DNA of 64,000 nucleotides, from NCBI GenBank assembly GCA_963796965.1, contig CAWCNS010000009.1, forward strand, positions 192,001 through 256,000. The letters run 5' to 3'. This document shows, piece by piece, positions 12,066-22,648 of the stretch (positions are counted from its first letter, which is position 1; each line of letters starts with the position of its first letter). The notes below the pieces were generated by a model, which was not told the origin of the DNA, made no database searches, and worked only from the letters and a program-made list of their open reading frames with translations. The position numbers and the translations under genes are program-made. This DNA comes from Calditrichia bacterium. GTDB lineage: Bacteria; Calditrichota; Calditrichia; JAJRVZ01.

Positions 12066-12492
12066 GTAACGGCGCGATTCATCACGCCGCATCATGTAAA
12101 AGATGACGCTTATTCACAATTTTATACCGGGGAAATACCTGGTGTAAAGATCGACGCGACATCGCGCCGCTCATGAAAAGATACGGTTATTCAAATTTTA
12201 TACCGGGGAAATACCTGGTGTAAAGATCGACGTGACATCGCGCCGCATCAGGAAAAGATGACGGTTATTCACAATTTTATACCGGGGAAATACCTGGTGT
12301 AAAGATCGACGCGATGAATCGCGCCGCATCAGGAAAAGATAACGGTTTTTCACAATTTTATACCGGGGAAATACCTGGTGTAAAGATCGGCGCGATGCAT
12401 CGCGCCGCATCATGAAAAGATGACGGTTATTCACAATTTTATACCGGGGAAATACCTGGTGTAAAGATCGGCGCGATGAATCGCGCCGCTAC
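12066..12492. repeat. Tandem array of ~81-bp units (5 plus a partial) bounded by inverted GTAG-type REP-like palindromes
   Basis: ATACCGGGGAAATACCTGGTGTAAAGATCG recurs at 12124, 12200, 12279, 12360 and 12441. Ends GTAACGGCGCGATTCATCACGCCG and CGGCGCGATGAATCGCGCCGCTAC are near reverse complements. Confidence 0.9.
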
Positions 12493-12678
12493 CTTAGTGG
12501 ATGGTTCTTGGAGTATTAATATAATTTTTCATATATGAAGGATCTGTCTCCCCCTTGAAAGGGATTAGGGAGATGTTATTTTCTCTATGTTATTTATTTA
12601 CATCCCCCTAACCCCCTTTCTTAAAGGGGGAATAGATTTTGGTTGAACAAAGACAATAATATCCGTGGAGACACAATT

Positions 12679-13305
12679 ATGGGAAAAATCTTATTAATAA
12701 TATTAGCAACCTGTTTATTGCTTACACCAGCCCTTTTTGCCCAAAGTACCATTCTCGGTTTAAACGGCGGTGTACTCTTTCCACAGGATACGGAAACAGG
12801 TGTGATCATTGGTGCCAGTTGGGGAAAGATGATCGATCAAAATGTTGGTTGGGAAATTGAAGCCGATTATTTTTGGCGAACATTCACTCAGGAAATGACA
12901 GTTAAAGTCGACGATGGCCAAACCCAATCGACCACCATCGCCACTGAAATTGAAAACTCAACAAAGATGCTTCCCTTGTTTTTCAAACTCTCCTTTCTCA
13001 GCGAAGCTTTCCCCAATCTGGATCTCCGGGTCAGTGGCGGGTTAGGTTATGCCTTTTTGTGGACAAAAGATGCCAATTATAAAACAGGTACCGAAAACAG
13101 TGAATCTTATTCCGGGTTTGCCTGGCAGGTCGGTGCCGGTCTGTCCTTTCCCATCAGCCGGGCAGCGGATTTTTATGGTGAAGCGATCTATTTAAGTACA
13201 ACACCTTCAACCGATGAAGGAACAACCCCCGACGGATTACCCCAGCGCACAGAAGTGGATATGTCCGGATTATGGCTGCGCGTTGGCCTTCGTCTTTATC
13301 ATTAA
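12679..13305 (+). CDS. Outer-membrane beta-barrel domain protein
   Basis: Signal peptide after GGAG, 'GFAWQVGAGLSFP', terminal 'GLWLRVGLRLY'. Confidence 0.75.
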   Translation: MGKILLIILATCLLLTPALFAQSTILGLNGGVLFPQDTETGVIIGASWGKMIDQNVGWEIEADYFWRTFTQEMTVKVDDGQTQSTTIATEIENSTKMLPLFFKLSFLSEAFPNLDLRVSGGLGYAFLWTKDANYKTGTENSESYSGFAWQVGAGLSFPISRAADFYGEAIYLSTTPSTDEGTTPDGLPQRTEVDMSGLWLRVGLRLYH

Positions 13306-13325
13306 GGCAGGTTATTAATTAGATA

Positions 13326-13510
13326 AAAGATAAACACAAAGTTCCTAAGAAACACAGAGAGAAGCAAAAAAATTTTAGGGTTTTAGATCTTGCTTACCCG
13401 AAGTATGGTTTATATTTATAAATCTATACGAACCGAAATATAAAATAAATAAATAATATCTTTTCTCTGTGTACTTTGTGCCTTCTTTGTGTCCTTTGTG
13501 TTTAGCTTTT
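13326..13510. mobile_element. Family 1 MITE-like element, copy D
   Basis: AAAGATAAACACAAAG...core...CTTTGTGTTTAGCTTTT. Confidence 0.75.
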
Positions 13511-13601
13511 TCTCACGCAGAGACACAGAGAATAAGAAAAAGGACAAAAGAAAAAAGACAAATTTTAGGGTTTTAAAGTAGGATTGAATTCAGGTCTTAT
13601 A

Positions 13602-14868
13602 ATGAATAAACAAATACAGTTTAACTTCCAGGCAATGCATCTTAAACGGATCCTCTATTCTCTTGTCTCTCTTCTGGTTTTAATCCAGGCCTGTACACCA
13701 AAAGTGGAACAACCCGTCCACAGACCAGGACCCCAGATACGGGTATTGCTGGCAACCATCGATCAGAAGGATACCCTTCAATTTACAGGACCCTATATCC
13801 TCCAATCGGAAGAAGCCCATTACGAATTCGGTCAAAAAAATAAAGAATTGTATATTCAGCCGCTAAGCGATGGTCTGCAACTGTATAATCAGAATCGTAA
13901 TCTTCTCTATCGCCAGTCTTTTCCGATCATTCTTAGACCCTCATCCTCTGCCAGTCGTTTTATCTTTCATGGCCAGGAATTCAGCGGTACCGTTTATTTT
14001 CAACCTGCTTCTGAAAACGGTGTTTATCTTATCAACAAACTCTTGTTGGAAGAATATCTCAAAGGTGTGGTCCCGTCAGAGATCCCGGCAAACAAACAGG
14101 AAGATTATCGAAGCGATTAAAGCACAAGCGATCTGTGCCCGTACCTATGCCCTGAAAAAGATGGACGATAGCATCAATCAGCCTTATGATGTGCAATCAA
14201 CGGTCGCTGATCAGGTTTATGGCGGTGTAAAACGCTATGCAAAGTTAGCCAACCAGGCTATTGAGGAATCACGCGGTGTGGTCATTACTTACCAGGGAAA
14301 ACCGGCAACCATCTATTATCATTCCACCTGTGGCGGCCAGCTTGAAGCATCACATAATATTTTTAAAGGTCCTCAATTAGCCTATATGATGGGAGGCCCG
14401 GACGCCGTTGGAAGCACTTTTGCCTGTACTATCTCTCCTTATTTTCGCTGGGAAGAGACACGTACCATCGATGATCTGGACCAGGCCTTTTTAAAACATT
14501 ATAAAAAATCATTTTTAAATCAAACGGTCAGCGACACCGTAGAATTATCTCTGGATCTGAGGATCTCAGAACGGGATGAGTCCGGACGAGTCACAAAGAT
14601 GACCATTACTTATGCCGATACGACGGTTTTTCTGTCCGGATATGAGGTGAGAAGATTTCTGAGTGCGCCCGGTAAAAATTATTTACGCAGTAATTTATTC
14701 TATCTCTCCCAAACCGATGCATCAACCCTGACCATTTTTGGTGCCGGCTATGGTCACGGCGTGGGTATGTGCCAGTTTGGCGCTCTTTATATGGCCCGGG
14801 AAGGTTTTCAGCATTATCATATCTTAAGTAAATATTTTCCACAAACTAAATTATTTAGAAAGTACTAA
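13602..14868 (+). CDS. SpoIID/LytB-domain lipoprotein (frameshift near 14100)
   Basis: 'LEEYLKGVVPSE' then 'EAIKAQAICARTYAL', 'DQVYGG', 'YHSTCGG', 'LRSNLF', 'GYGHGVGMCQFGA'. Start codon uncertain (13602 or 13636). Confidence 0.9.
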
Positions 14869-14870
14869 TT

Positions 14871-15663
14871 ATGAAATTTTACATCATCACGATACTACTC
14901 GCCCTGTCTTTGCTGCTCTCATTTTCCTGCCAGCCAAAAGGGGTTGTTAAAAATGACCAGGAAGCACAGGTGGACAGTTCATTTTATTATGTTCAGGAGG
15001 ATATCAACGATCCCTTTATTGATACGGTTTTTCAGGATCCCGATACCACGATGACCTTAAAGAAAAATCTTTATCCGCCGGCTGAGGTCAAACCGACACA
15101 TAAACAGGTGGAAGGATTTCGCGTTCAGATCTTTGCCGGTCTGGATACCATAAACGCCGATGTGGCCTATACACAAGCCAAAGACTTGGTGAGTGATACG
15201 GTTTATATATTTAAAGATCAGGGATTATTCAAAGTGCAGGTGGGTGATTATCAGTTTCGATATGGGGCGGATAATATACGTGATACGTTCCGTAAAAACG
15301 GATATGATGGTGCCTGGGTGATTCAGCGTGCGATCAATATTCCCATTGCCGCCGATACGACCACAACAGCACGGGTGAATGAGAATGTACACTGTTGCCG
15401 TCTTTGATGCAACACCACAGGCGGTTAAAAAAACAGATGATGCCGGCCAGTATAAAATACAAATTATGGCAACAGGCTCCGAAGACCGGGCCCAGGCAAA
15501 GGTTGAGGAGATTAAGGGATCAACCGCCTATTCGGCTTTTTATGAAAAAAGTGGAAATTTATTTAAGGTATTTGTGGGTTACTTTAAACAAGAGGCTGTT
15601 GCACGAGAGGCGTTGAGTGATATTCGGGGTAATGGATATCCGGATGCGTGGTTGGTGTATTAA
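14871..15663 (+). CDS. SPOR-domain lipoprotein, two SPOR domains (frameshift near 15390)
   Basis: Lipobox 'LSFSC'; 'GFRVQIFA...FKVQVGDY...GYDGAWV' and 'YKIQIMA...FKVFVGYF...GYPDAWLV'. Confidence 0.85.
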
Positions 15664-15698
15664 AAAAAAGGGAAAAGGCCAAAGGAAAAAGAAAAAGA

Positions 15699-16167
15699 AA
15701 AAGATAACCACAAAGTTCACTAAGAATGCACAAAGAGCACAAAGAAAAGATTTTTTCTATTTTTTTTATCTCGGTTTGCATAGATCTGTGAATAACCTCC
15801 CCCTTTCTCCCCCTCCTTACTAAGGAGGGGGAACGAGGGGGTGGTAGTCTAAAACCCTAATTTTTTTTTGCTTTTCTCTGTGTCCTCTGTGCCTGCTTTG
15901 TACTCTTTTGCCGAAGGCATTTTCGGGAGTGTTTACTTTCTCTGCGCTCGCTGGGAGCTGCGTGAGAAAAAGATAAACACGAAGGACACGAAGTAGACAC
16001 AAAGATCACAAAGAAAAGATATTATATATATTTTTTATATTTCGGTTGGTGGAAGTATAGGGCTTTAATAAATGATTTAGGATAAGCAAGATCCAAAACC
16101 ACAAAAAGAATTCTTGCTTATCTCTGTGCCCTTTGTGCCTTCTTAGTGAACTTTGTGGTTATCTTTA
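15699..16167. mobile_element. Two adjacent family 1 MITE-like elements (copies E ~15699-15939, F ~15967-16167)
   Basis: Each has AAGATAA(C)CAC..AAG and CTTTGTG(G)TT ends with the reversed core. Copy E is interrupted by a CCCCCTCCTTACTAAGGAGGGGG hairpin. Confidence 0.7.
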
Positions 16168-16246
16168 ATCTTTTTTTCAAATCTGATTGGCCAGAGAGAC
16201 TTTGCAAGAGAAAAAAAATTCACATACCGAGAACTGAGGTTCTAAA

Positions 16247-16930
16247 ATGGACAAAATCTGGCATTTAAAAAGATTTAATTTTTTCACCTGTCTAAGTCAA
16301 TCAGATATGGCGGACTTTTCAAAAAACACCATTGAAAAACGCTTTAAAAAGAAGGACATGATTTTTCTTCCCGGCGACCAGGGAGACAACGTTTACCTCC
16401 TTAAAGCCGGGGTTGTAAAAATAAGTAAATATTCAGATAATGGAAAAGAGATCATTCTCGGTATGGTCAATCCCGGAGAAATTTTCGGTGAAATGGCGCT
16501 GATCGAAAAAGGTCCCCGCGATCATGTGGCGGAAGCGTTAATGGATTCCTATGTCTGTATTATCCATCGCAATAATTTTAACCGTTATCTTCAACATAAT
16601 CCGGAGATGAGTCTTCGCCTGACCAAGATCTTTGGTTTAAAATTTAAGACGCTGGGGCAAAAAGTGGAGGATCTGGTATTCCGGAATGTTTACCAGCGTC
16701 TGGCAACACTTATTCTCCATCTCCACGATGCTTATGGTTATCAAAAAAATGATAAAACCTATATCTATATCAAACTCACCCATTATGATATTGCCAGCCT
16801 GATAGGCTCTACACGCGAGACCACCACAGCCAGCTTGAATGATTTTAAACGGGAAGGGTTGATAGGTTTTGATGGAAGGAAATTGGTCATTCTGGATAAA
16901 GAAGGCTTAGAAGTAAGGGCGAAAAACTAG
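16247..16930 (+). CDS. Crp/Fnr family transcriptional regulator
   Basis: cNMP-binding 'GEIFGEMALI...PR' and HTH 'LTHYDIASLIGSTRETTT..LNDFKREGLI'. Confidence 0.95.
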   Translation: MDKIWHLKRFNFFTCLSQSDMADFSKNTIEKRFKKKDMIFLPGDQGDNVYLLKAGVVKISKYSDNGKEIILGMVNPGEIFGEMALIEKGPRDHVAEALMDSYVCIIHRNNFNRYLQHNPEMSLRLTKIFGLKFKTLGQKVEDLVFRNVYQRLATLILHLHDAYGYQKNDKTYIYIKLTHYDIASLIGSTRETTTASLNDFKREGLIGFDGRKLVILDKEGLEVRAKN

Positions 16931-17084
16931 GGGAATAGTCAATAGTCAAACGTATTGATCTTTTCGAATAAGTAAAATCTAATTCCCCCTTTCGAAGGGC
17001 CTCCTTTGAGAAGGGGGTTAGGGGGATGTTATTTCCAGGTCTTCCAGCAATACCAAGTGAATAAGGGGAGGTTTCTGGGAGAGG

Positions 17085-17281
17085 AAAAGATAAACACAAA
17101 GGGCACAAAGCAGACACAAAGGACTCAAAGAAAAGAAAAAATATTTTTAGGGTTTTAGATCTTGCTTACCCAAAGTTATAGATTATTACCATTGATCTAT
17201 GGAAACCGAGATAAAATAAATAGAAAAAATCTTTCTCTGTGCCCTTTGAGAATTCTTAGTGAACTTTGTGTTTATCTTTTA
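17085..17281. mobile_element. Family 1 MITE-like element, copy G
   Basis: AAAAGATAAACACAAAG...core...CTTTGTGTTTATCTTTT. Confidence 0.78.
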
Positions 17282-17320
17282 TTTTTCTTCTCTCTTCGCT
17301 ATGCGCTCCACGCTCTACGA

Positions 17321-17705
17321 CTAATGTGCCTTCGAATAATGCTCATGCACAATCTTCCAGCCATGTTCGGCTACAAGAAACACATGTGATCCCCGGCCGT
17401 GGATGGTTTTGGTACGTTTTCTTTTGGTAATATCCACATTCCAGTAAAAGGTTGAAAGCGCGCCTTCCCCATAGATCTTCACATTCAGATTTTTGATGCT
17501 GTATTTCACCTCGTCACCCTCCTCCAGATAATGCAAAAAGGTTTTCTTCAATTTGGGGCGGCTGGTGATACGCTCATGTTGCGTTGACGAGAATCCGATA
17601 AAATTCTTGCTAAAAAAGGTTAGAATTTCATTTAAGCTTTTTTTGATTAAATAACTTGACAATGGTTCTCTCAATATGAGCGATATCTTTCTGAACAGCA
17701 TCCAT
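17321..17705 (-). CDS. NTF2-like/SnoaL (DUF4440-like) protein; probable start ATG 17705 with a frameshift in an A-run
   Basis: 'NVKIYGEGA', 'GRGSHVF....GWKIVHEHYS'; GGAGG precedes 'MDAVQKDIAHIE'. Confidence 0.75.
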
Positions 17706-17808
17706 CTGTTTCCTCCTTTAGATGGTTTGGGATGGCAATTATTAAAAATGCTTTTAACTATTATCGGAAAGAATTGGATGATATTAAGCGAGATTAGACA
17801 GAAATTTT

Positions 17809-18038
17809 ATAGAACACGGATGACGCGGATAACACGGATTCCCGCAGATTCTTTTTTAATATTATTTTATGTCTTTTCATTCTAATGATTTGAATTTTAA
17901 TTGATTTTATCATCATCTGATTGTAAACCATTCTGGAAAATTACTTCTCACTCATATTCAAATAATATATCATTATAAAATGAAAATAATAAATAAAATC
18001 CGCGGAAATCCGCGTTATCCGTGTCATCCGCGTTCTAT
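17809..18038. mobile_element. Second inverted-repeat element family with 9-bp ACACGGAT-type units
   Basis: ATAGAACACGGATGACGCGGATAACACGGATTCCCGCAGATT ... AATCCGCGGAAATCCGCGTTATCCGTGTCATCCGCGTTCTAT, ~42-bp imperfect IR around an AT-rich core. Confidence 0.8.
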
Positions 18039-18078
18039 TACTATCTAACCTAAGCGGTTATTGATAATTGATCATTGC

Positions 18079-19254
18079 TCATTGATAATTGAACAGCTTT
18101 TCCATCACCTCAGCGATTTTGGCATCGGGGGTAGAAGCCCCGGCAGTGAGACCGAGGGTGATTTTACCCTCCGGCAGCCAGTCCGTGCTGGTGATAACAT
18201 CCGTTTTATCCGGCACTTTATGCGCAATCTGATTTCTATCTATGATATGACCGGCATCTTCGATATGAAAGGCCGGCGCATATTCCTTCGCAATATTGGT
18301 CAGATTATTGGTGTTCGACGAGTTAAAACCGCCGATAACCAGGGTCAGATCAACCCCTTTTTCCAGCATATCGATAATCGCATCCTGGCGTTCCTGCGTA
18401 GCGCTGCAGATCGTATCGAAAGAACGAAAATGATCGTCTACCGTTTCTTTGCCATATCGATCGATCATCGCTTCCTTGACCATTTCGGCAATTTTCAGCG
18501 ATTCATTGGCCAGCATGGTGGTTTGATTGGCCACGCCGATTTTCTGCAGATCACGATCCGGATCAAAACCCGGCGAAAGTTTATTTTCAAAGGTTTTCAT
18601 AAAAGCATCTTTATCCCCGCCATGGCGAATATAATCCGTGACAATATCCGTTTCCGCAAAATTGCGGACAATGATATAGGCGCCGTCTTCATGCATCGTC
18701 GCCTGGGATACGGTGGCTAATGTTTCTTCATGATAATATTTACCATGAACCAGGGCGGTATATTTTTCCTTGCTAAACCGGCTCACATGTTTCCATACAT
18801 TCAAGACCGAACCACAGGTGGTATCCACAAGGATCGCGCCTTTCTGCTTCAGGTCATTAAGCATATCGACAGAAACCCCAAAGGCAGGAAGAATAACCAC
18901 ATCCTCTTCCCGGATATCCTCTAATTTTTCCCCCTGATTATACTGGCCGGAGAGAAACAATACCCCCATTTCGGCGAGTCTTTTGTTGACAAAGGGATTA
19001 TGGATAATTTCCCCGGTCAGATAGATCTTTTTATCCGGAAATTTTTCCACCGTTTGATAGGCATAATCGATGGAACGATCCACCCCATAGCAGAAGCCAT
19101 ATTCTTTCGCTAATTTGACGGTGATGTTACCGCGGGTTAGGGTATAATCCGCTGCTTTTAATTCATCGACTAACCGGCTGTCAAATTCCTGTTCCAGCGT
19201 TTCCTGGATCTCTTTTTTTAGACCGAAGCCTTTACGTACGATAGTGTTGTTCAT
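18079..19254 (-). CDS. ispH: 4-hydroxy-3-methylbut-2-enyl diphosphate reductase
   Basis: 'GFCYGVDR', 'EIIHNP', 'DTTCGSV', 'HEET', 'NQTTM', 'DTICSATQERQ', 'GGFNSSNT', 'TAGASTPD'. Confidence 0.96.
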   Translation of the reverse strand: MNNTIVRKGFGLKKEIQETLEQEFDSRLVDELKAADYTLTRGNITVKLAKEYGFCYGVDRSIDYAYQTVEKFPDKKIYLTGEIIHNPFVNKRLAEMGVLFLSGQYNQGEKLEDIREEDVVILPAFGVSVDMLNDLKQKGAILVDTTCGSVLNVWKHVSRFSKEKYTALVHGKYYHEETLATVSQATMHEDGAYIIVRNFAETDIVTDYIRHGGDKDAFMKTFENKLSPGFDPDRDLQKIGVANQTTMLANESLKIAEMVKEAMIDRYGKETVDDHFRSFDTICSATQERQDAIIDMLEKGVDLTLVIGGFNSSNTNNLTNIAKEYAPAFHIEDAGHIIDRNQIAHKVPDKTDVITSTDWLPEGKITLGLTAGASTPDAKIAEVMEKLFNYQ

Positions 19255-19290
19255 GTATATCCTATTCTAGTGAAATGTGAGAAGAGAAGA

Positions 19291-19547
19291 AAAAGATAAC
19301 CACAAAGTGCACTTCGTGTTTTCATGTACTTTTTCTCACGCAGCGCCGCGGCGACGCAGGAAAAACAAAAAATTTTTAAGGTTTTAGATCTTGCTTATCC
19401 AAAACCTGAGATTTAAACTCTAATCTTCGCCAACCAACAATCTAAAAACTCAAAAAAATCTTTTCTTCGCGCTCTTTGCGCCTTCTTTGCGTCTTTGCGG
19501 TAAATTCTTTTCTCTGCATCCTTTGTGTTCTTTGTGGTTATCTTTTT
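19291..19547. mobile_element. Family 1 MITE-like element, composite copy H
   Basis: AAAAGATAACCACAAAG left end, core, then CTTTGCGGTAAA and CTTTGTGGTTATCTTTT right ends. Confidence 0.65.
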
Positions 19548-19594
19548 GCCTTTTACCTTTACTTTAAACCTCTTTAAAAGCCTGGATATTCCAC

Positions 19595-20949
19595 CTAAAT
19601 CATGAGCAAATCATCCTCAACCAGGTCAATTATCTGTACTTGCCAAGGATCAAAATTTATTTCTTCACCATCAAAGACCTGTCCATAGAGTAGATCGGTG
19701 CCATATGCCTCAGTTAAGAGTGGACAGGTAAAATTAACGGATTCATCTGTAAAATTCAGCAGAGCATAAAGGGTTTTATGTTTATCATATATTTTTATAC
19801 CTATCACTTCTTTATTACTTACTTCAATGAATTCAATCTGCCCTTTTCTCATACAGGAAAACTGATTATATAGAAAAAGAAGTCTCTTATAGAAATCTGC
19901 CACAGGTTCGTTCCTATCTTGCCAATCAATGGCGTCTTTTTCAAAAAGATCCGGAAGATTGACAGCCCCATTCTCCTGTCCGGCATAGAGAAGCGGCAGA
20001 CCGGAAAGCAGAAAGCAGAGAGCGGCGAAGGGTTGAAATTGCTCCTTACCAAAGGTATCCATTGTTCGTGGTAGATCATGGTTTTCGGTGAAGAGCATGC
20101 CCAGGCTTTGATTCGGGAAAGAGCTCCTTGCGCAACGCATACCAGGTTTGGACATCAGCGGCGCTTCTTTTGCCTGCTTTGATATCGCCGAGAATATAAT
20201 AGAGCACCCAGTCATAATACGCATGAAAGGCTTTTGAATGCAGCCGGCTGCTTTGCCATTCCGCCAGCATAAAGATATCCGGTTTGATATGACGCAGATC
20301 ATTTACAACAGATTCCCAGAAATCCAGCGGGACCAATCCGGCCACATCACAGCGATAGCCATCGATATCAAATTCTTCCACCCAATAGCGCATCATCGCC
20401 GCAATTTTATTTCTCAAGTCACGAATTATCATAATTCAGATCGGTGATATCCGACCACTCAGCTACTTTTCGAACCCCTTCACTTTTCCCGGGATAGAGG
20501 TAAAATGCCGGATGGGTTTTATGCCAGGGATGATCATTGCCCGTATGGTTGATGACCAGATCGAGAATAAGGCGCATATCTGCCTGATGGACCGCCGCAA
20601 CCAGATCTTTAAAATCGGCTTTGCTGCCCAGAGAAGGTTCAATTTCCATATAATCGGCAATCGCATAGGGACTTCCCATGGTTCCTTTGCGGTCTTTGAG
20701 TCCGATGGGATGGATGGGCATCAGCCAGAGGGTTTTGATTCCCAGGTCTTTCAGATAGGGTAGTTTGTCTTTCACTGCCTGAAAGGTACCTTCTTGAGAG
20801 AAGTTCCGTACAAAGATCTCATAGATGGGGCCTTCCCTCACCCATTCCGGCAAATCTACGCCTGGCGTCTGCCCCAGTTCCGGCATATTCCCTTCAATTC
20901 CCATCATCGGATGATCAGCGAGAAATGTTTTCAAGAAGTCATTCATCAT
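19595..20949 (-). CDS. GH13 alpha-amylase family glycosidase (split in three by frameshifts)
   Basis: 'IYEIFVRNFS', 'LWLMPIHP', 'GSPYAIADY', 'DLVINHT', 'IDGYRCDVAG', 'MLAEW', 'FTENHD', 'GLPLLYAGQE'. Confidence 0.9.
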
Positions 20950-20979
20950 AATCAGATTTATCCTAAGTGATATATGGTT

Positions 20980-21452
20980 TTAACCGCAAAGACGCAAAGA
21001 AGGCGCAAAGGGCGCAAAGATTTTTTTGATGTTTTTAGTACACGGTTCATCCAGGTCTGTGCTTAAAACCATAATTTATAGTGTGTAAAAATTAAGAATT
21101 GTACAACTCGCGGCTTTAAAGAAAGAATTTAGACATTGCGTGATTTAATACCCTAAAATTTTTCTTTGCGTACTTTGCGCCTTCTTAGCGTCTTTGCGGT
21201 AAATTCTTTTCTCTGTGTCCTTTGTATTTAGCTTTTCCTCACGCAATGCTGCAGCGAAAAGAAAAAAAATTTATAGTTTTAGATCTTACTTATCCAAAAT
21301 ATGAAATCAAAACTCAATTTTTCGCCAACCAACACTCTAAAAACTCTAAAAGATCTTTTCTTCGCGTCCTTTGCGCCTTCTTAGCGTCTTTGCGGTAAAT
21401 TCTTTTCTCTGCGTCCTTTGTGCCTTCTTTGTGTACTTTGTGTTTATCTTCT
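20980..21452. mobile_element. Two family 1-like elements (AACCGCAAAGACGCAAAG variant ends)
   Basis: TTAACCGCAAAGACGCAAAGAAGGCGCAAAG at 20980 pairs with CTTTGCGCCTTCTTAGCGTCTTTGCGGTAAA at ~21173 and ~21370. ~21255-21415 closely resembles 19365-19525. Confidence 0.65.
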
Positions 21453-21609
21453 AAAAAGAACCTTTCAGCCACTAAAGTGTATAAATCAATAACTATCTTT
21501 ATTTTAACTTGAATTACACCTATACTCAGTTTAAATTTACGTTTCGTTTTTAACAGCCATTGTTGTTAACGACGAACGAAATTTAGGAAAGGCTTGGTAA
21601 GAATCCAAC

Positions 21610-21870
21610 ATGGCAGAAAAGATTAAAAAGAAAAAAGTAGACCACAGATTGCCTTTTGGCAGAAAGAACATGCAGATCCTGACCGTTGGCTTGATCGTCA
21701 TCGTGTTGGGATATATTGCCATGGCCCAGCCGCCGGTAGATAGTTTCTGGAGTATCACCGCCGCACCGGTTTTGTTAATCCTTGCCTATCTGGTCATCGT
21801 TCCCATTGCAATCATGTACGGCTACAAGTTATTCAGCCGCCCGAACGAGGGTGACAAGAAGAAGTCGTAA
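21610..21870 (+). CDS. Small two-TM membrane protein (DUF3098-like)
   Basis: 'LPFGRKNMQIL..GL..IVLGYI.M......S..SIT.AP.LL..AY'. Confidence 0.75.
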   Translation: MAEKIKKKKVDHRLPFGRKNMQILTVGLIVIVLGYIAMAQPPVDSFWSITAAPVLLILAYLVIVPIAIMYGYKLFSRPNEGDKKKS

Positions 21871-22054
21871 CAATTAGAAAAGCAGTAAAACACTTAAAGT
21901 AAAAAGGCAAAAGGCAAAAGGTAAATATTAATTCAGCAATATCATGAATAAATAGTCTTTTTAACTTTTAACTTTTTCCTTTTTACTTATATATTTTTTG
22001 TATTTTGTAGTAGTTATTTTTTCTTTTTTCTTTTTTCTTTTTTCTTAAAAAGAG

Positions 22055-22133
22055 GGGCGATTAAGCTCAGCTGGTTTAGAGCACCTGCCTTACAAGCAGG
22101 GGGTCACTGGTTCGAATCCAGTATCGCCCACCA
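22055..22133 (+). tRNA. tRNA-Val(TAC)
   Basis: Acceptor GGGCGAT/ATCGCCC + ACCA, anticodon arm CCTGC-CTTACAA-GCAGG, T arm ACTGG-TTCGAAT-CCAGT. One apparent extra base near position 9. Confidence 0.96.
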
Positions 22134-22195
22134 CTCTTTCGAGAAGCACTAAATCCTAATATCTAAATCCTAAACAATCTCGAAATTCTAATTCT

Positions 22196-22228
22196 AAAAC
22201 CAGTCTTTAACCGAGGCTGGTTTTTTTT
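22196..22228 (+). terminator. Intrinsic terminator after tRNA-Val
   Basis: AAAACCAGTCT-TTAACCG-AGGCTGGTTTTTTTT hairpin with T-tract. Confidence 0.8.
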
Positions 22229-22358
22229 ATTTTAAGCATCTGATATTTGGATTTATTTCGGATTTCGTGCTTAGGATTTAGAGTTTTATTCGCCGCCAGG
22301 CGAATAGGAGGGTTGGTTTTTTAATTTGGGGCATTTGACATTGGAATACATAGAGAAA

Positions 22359-22507
22359 CTAGGATTTAGTATTTTGAGTTTTTTCTTTAGAGACAATTAG
22401 TTCTAATTTTTTCAACAGAAGTTCATACCTTTCAGTTTGGGTAGCCGGTTCTATATGTGCCAGAATTGCCTCCTGTAAAGATTCATCCTTCAACAATTTC
22501 TTTAAAG
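22359..22507 (-). pseudogene. Probable C-terminal relic of a nucleotidyltransferase-type toxin
   Basis: 'LKKLLKDESLQEAILAHIEPATQTERYELLLKKLELI' resembles, from memory, the tail of NTases paired with HTH proteins like 24847-25328. It abuts a palindromic operator. Confidence 0.45.
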
Positions 22508-22533
22508 ATATTCCATATTCGAATATAGAATAT
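22508..22533. promoter_or_regulatory. 26-bp palindrome, likely operator
   Basis: ATATTCCATATTCGAATATAGAATAT, one mismatched pair. Its left 16 bp recur at 25340-25355 just upstream of the HTH gene. Confidence 0.6.
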
Positions 22534-22648
22534 TTTTGTTTGCTTCTATTCACATAAAATTAAATAAATATAGATTCGTAATGAAAAAGCCTATATTTTC
22601 AAGATTTTTAATCCGGAATTTCTATTGTTTGATACGTTTATATTAGTT

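Noticed and set aside
12066..12492. CRISPR array
   Set aside because: The whole ~81-bp unit is repeated, so there are no unique spacers, and no cas genes are in the window.
15584..17389. Short ORFs over intergenic repeats (15584, 15617, 15820, 16887, 17162) and antisense ORFs over real genes
   Set aside because: They are translations of the 9-bp-periodic repeats or shadow frames, with no independent coding signal.
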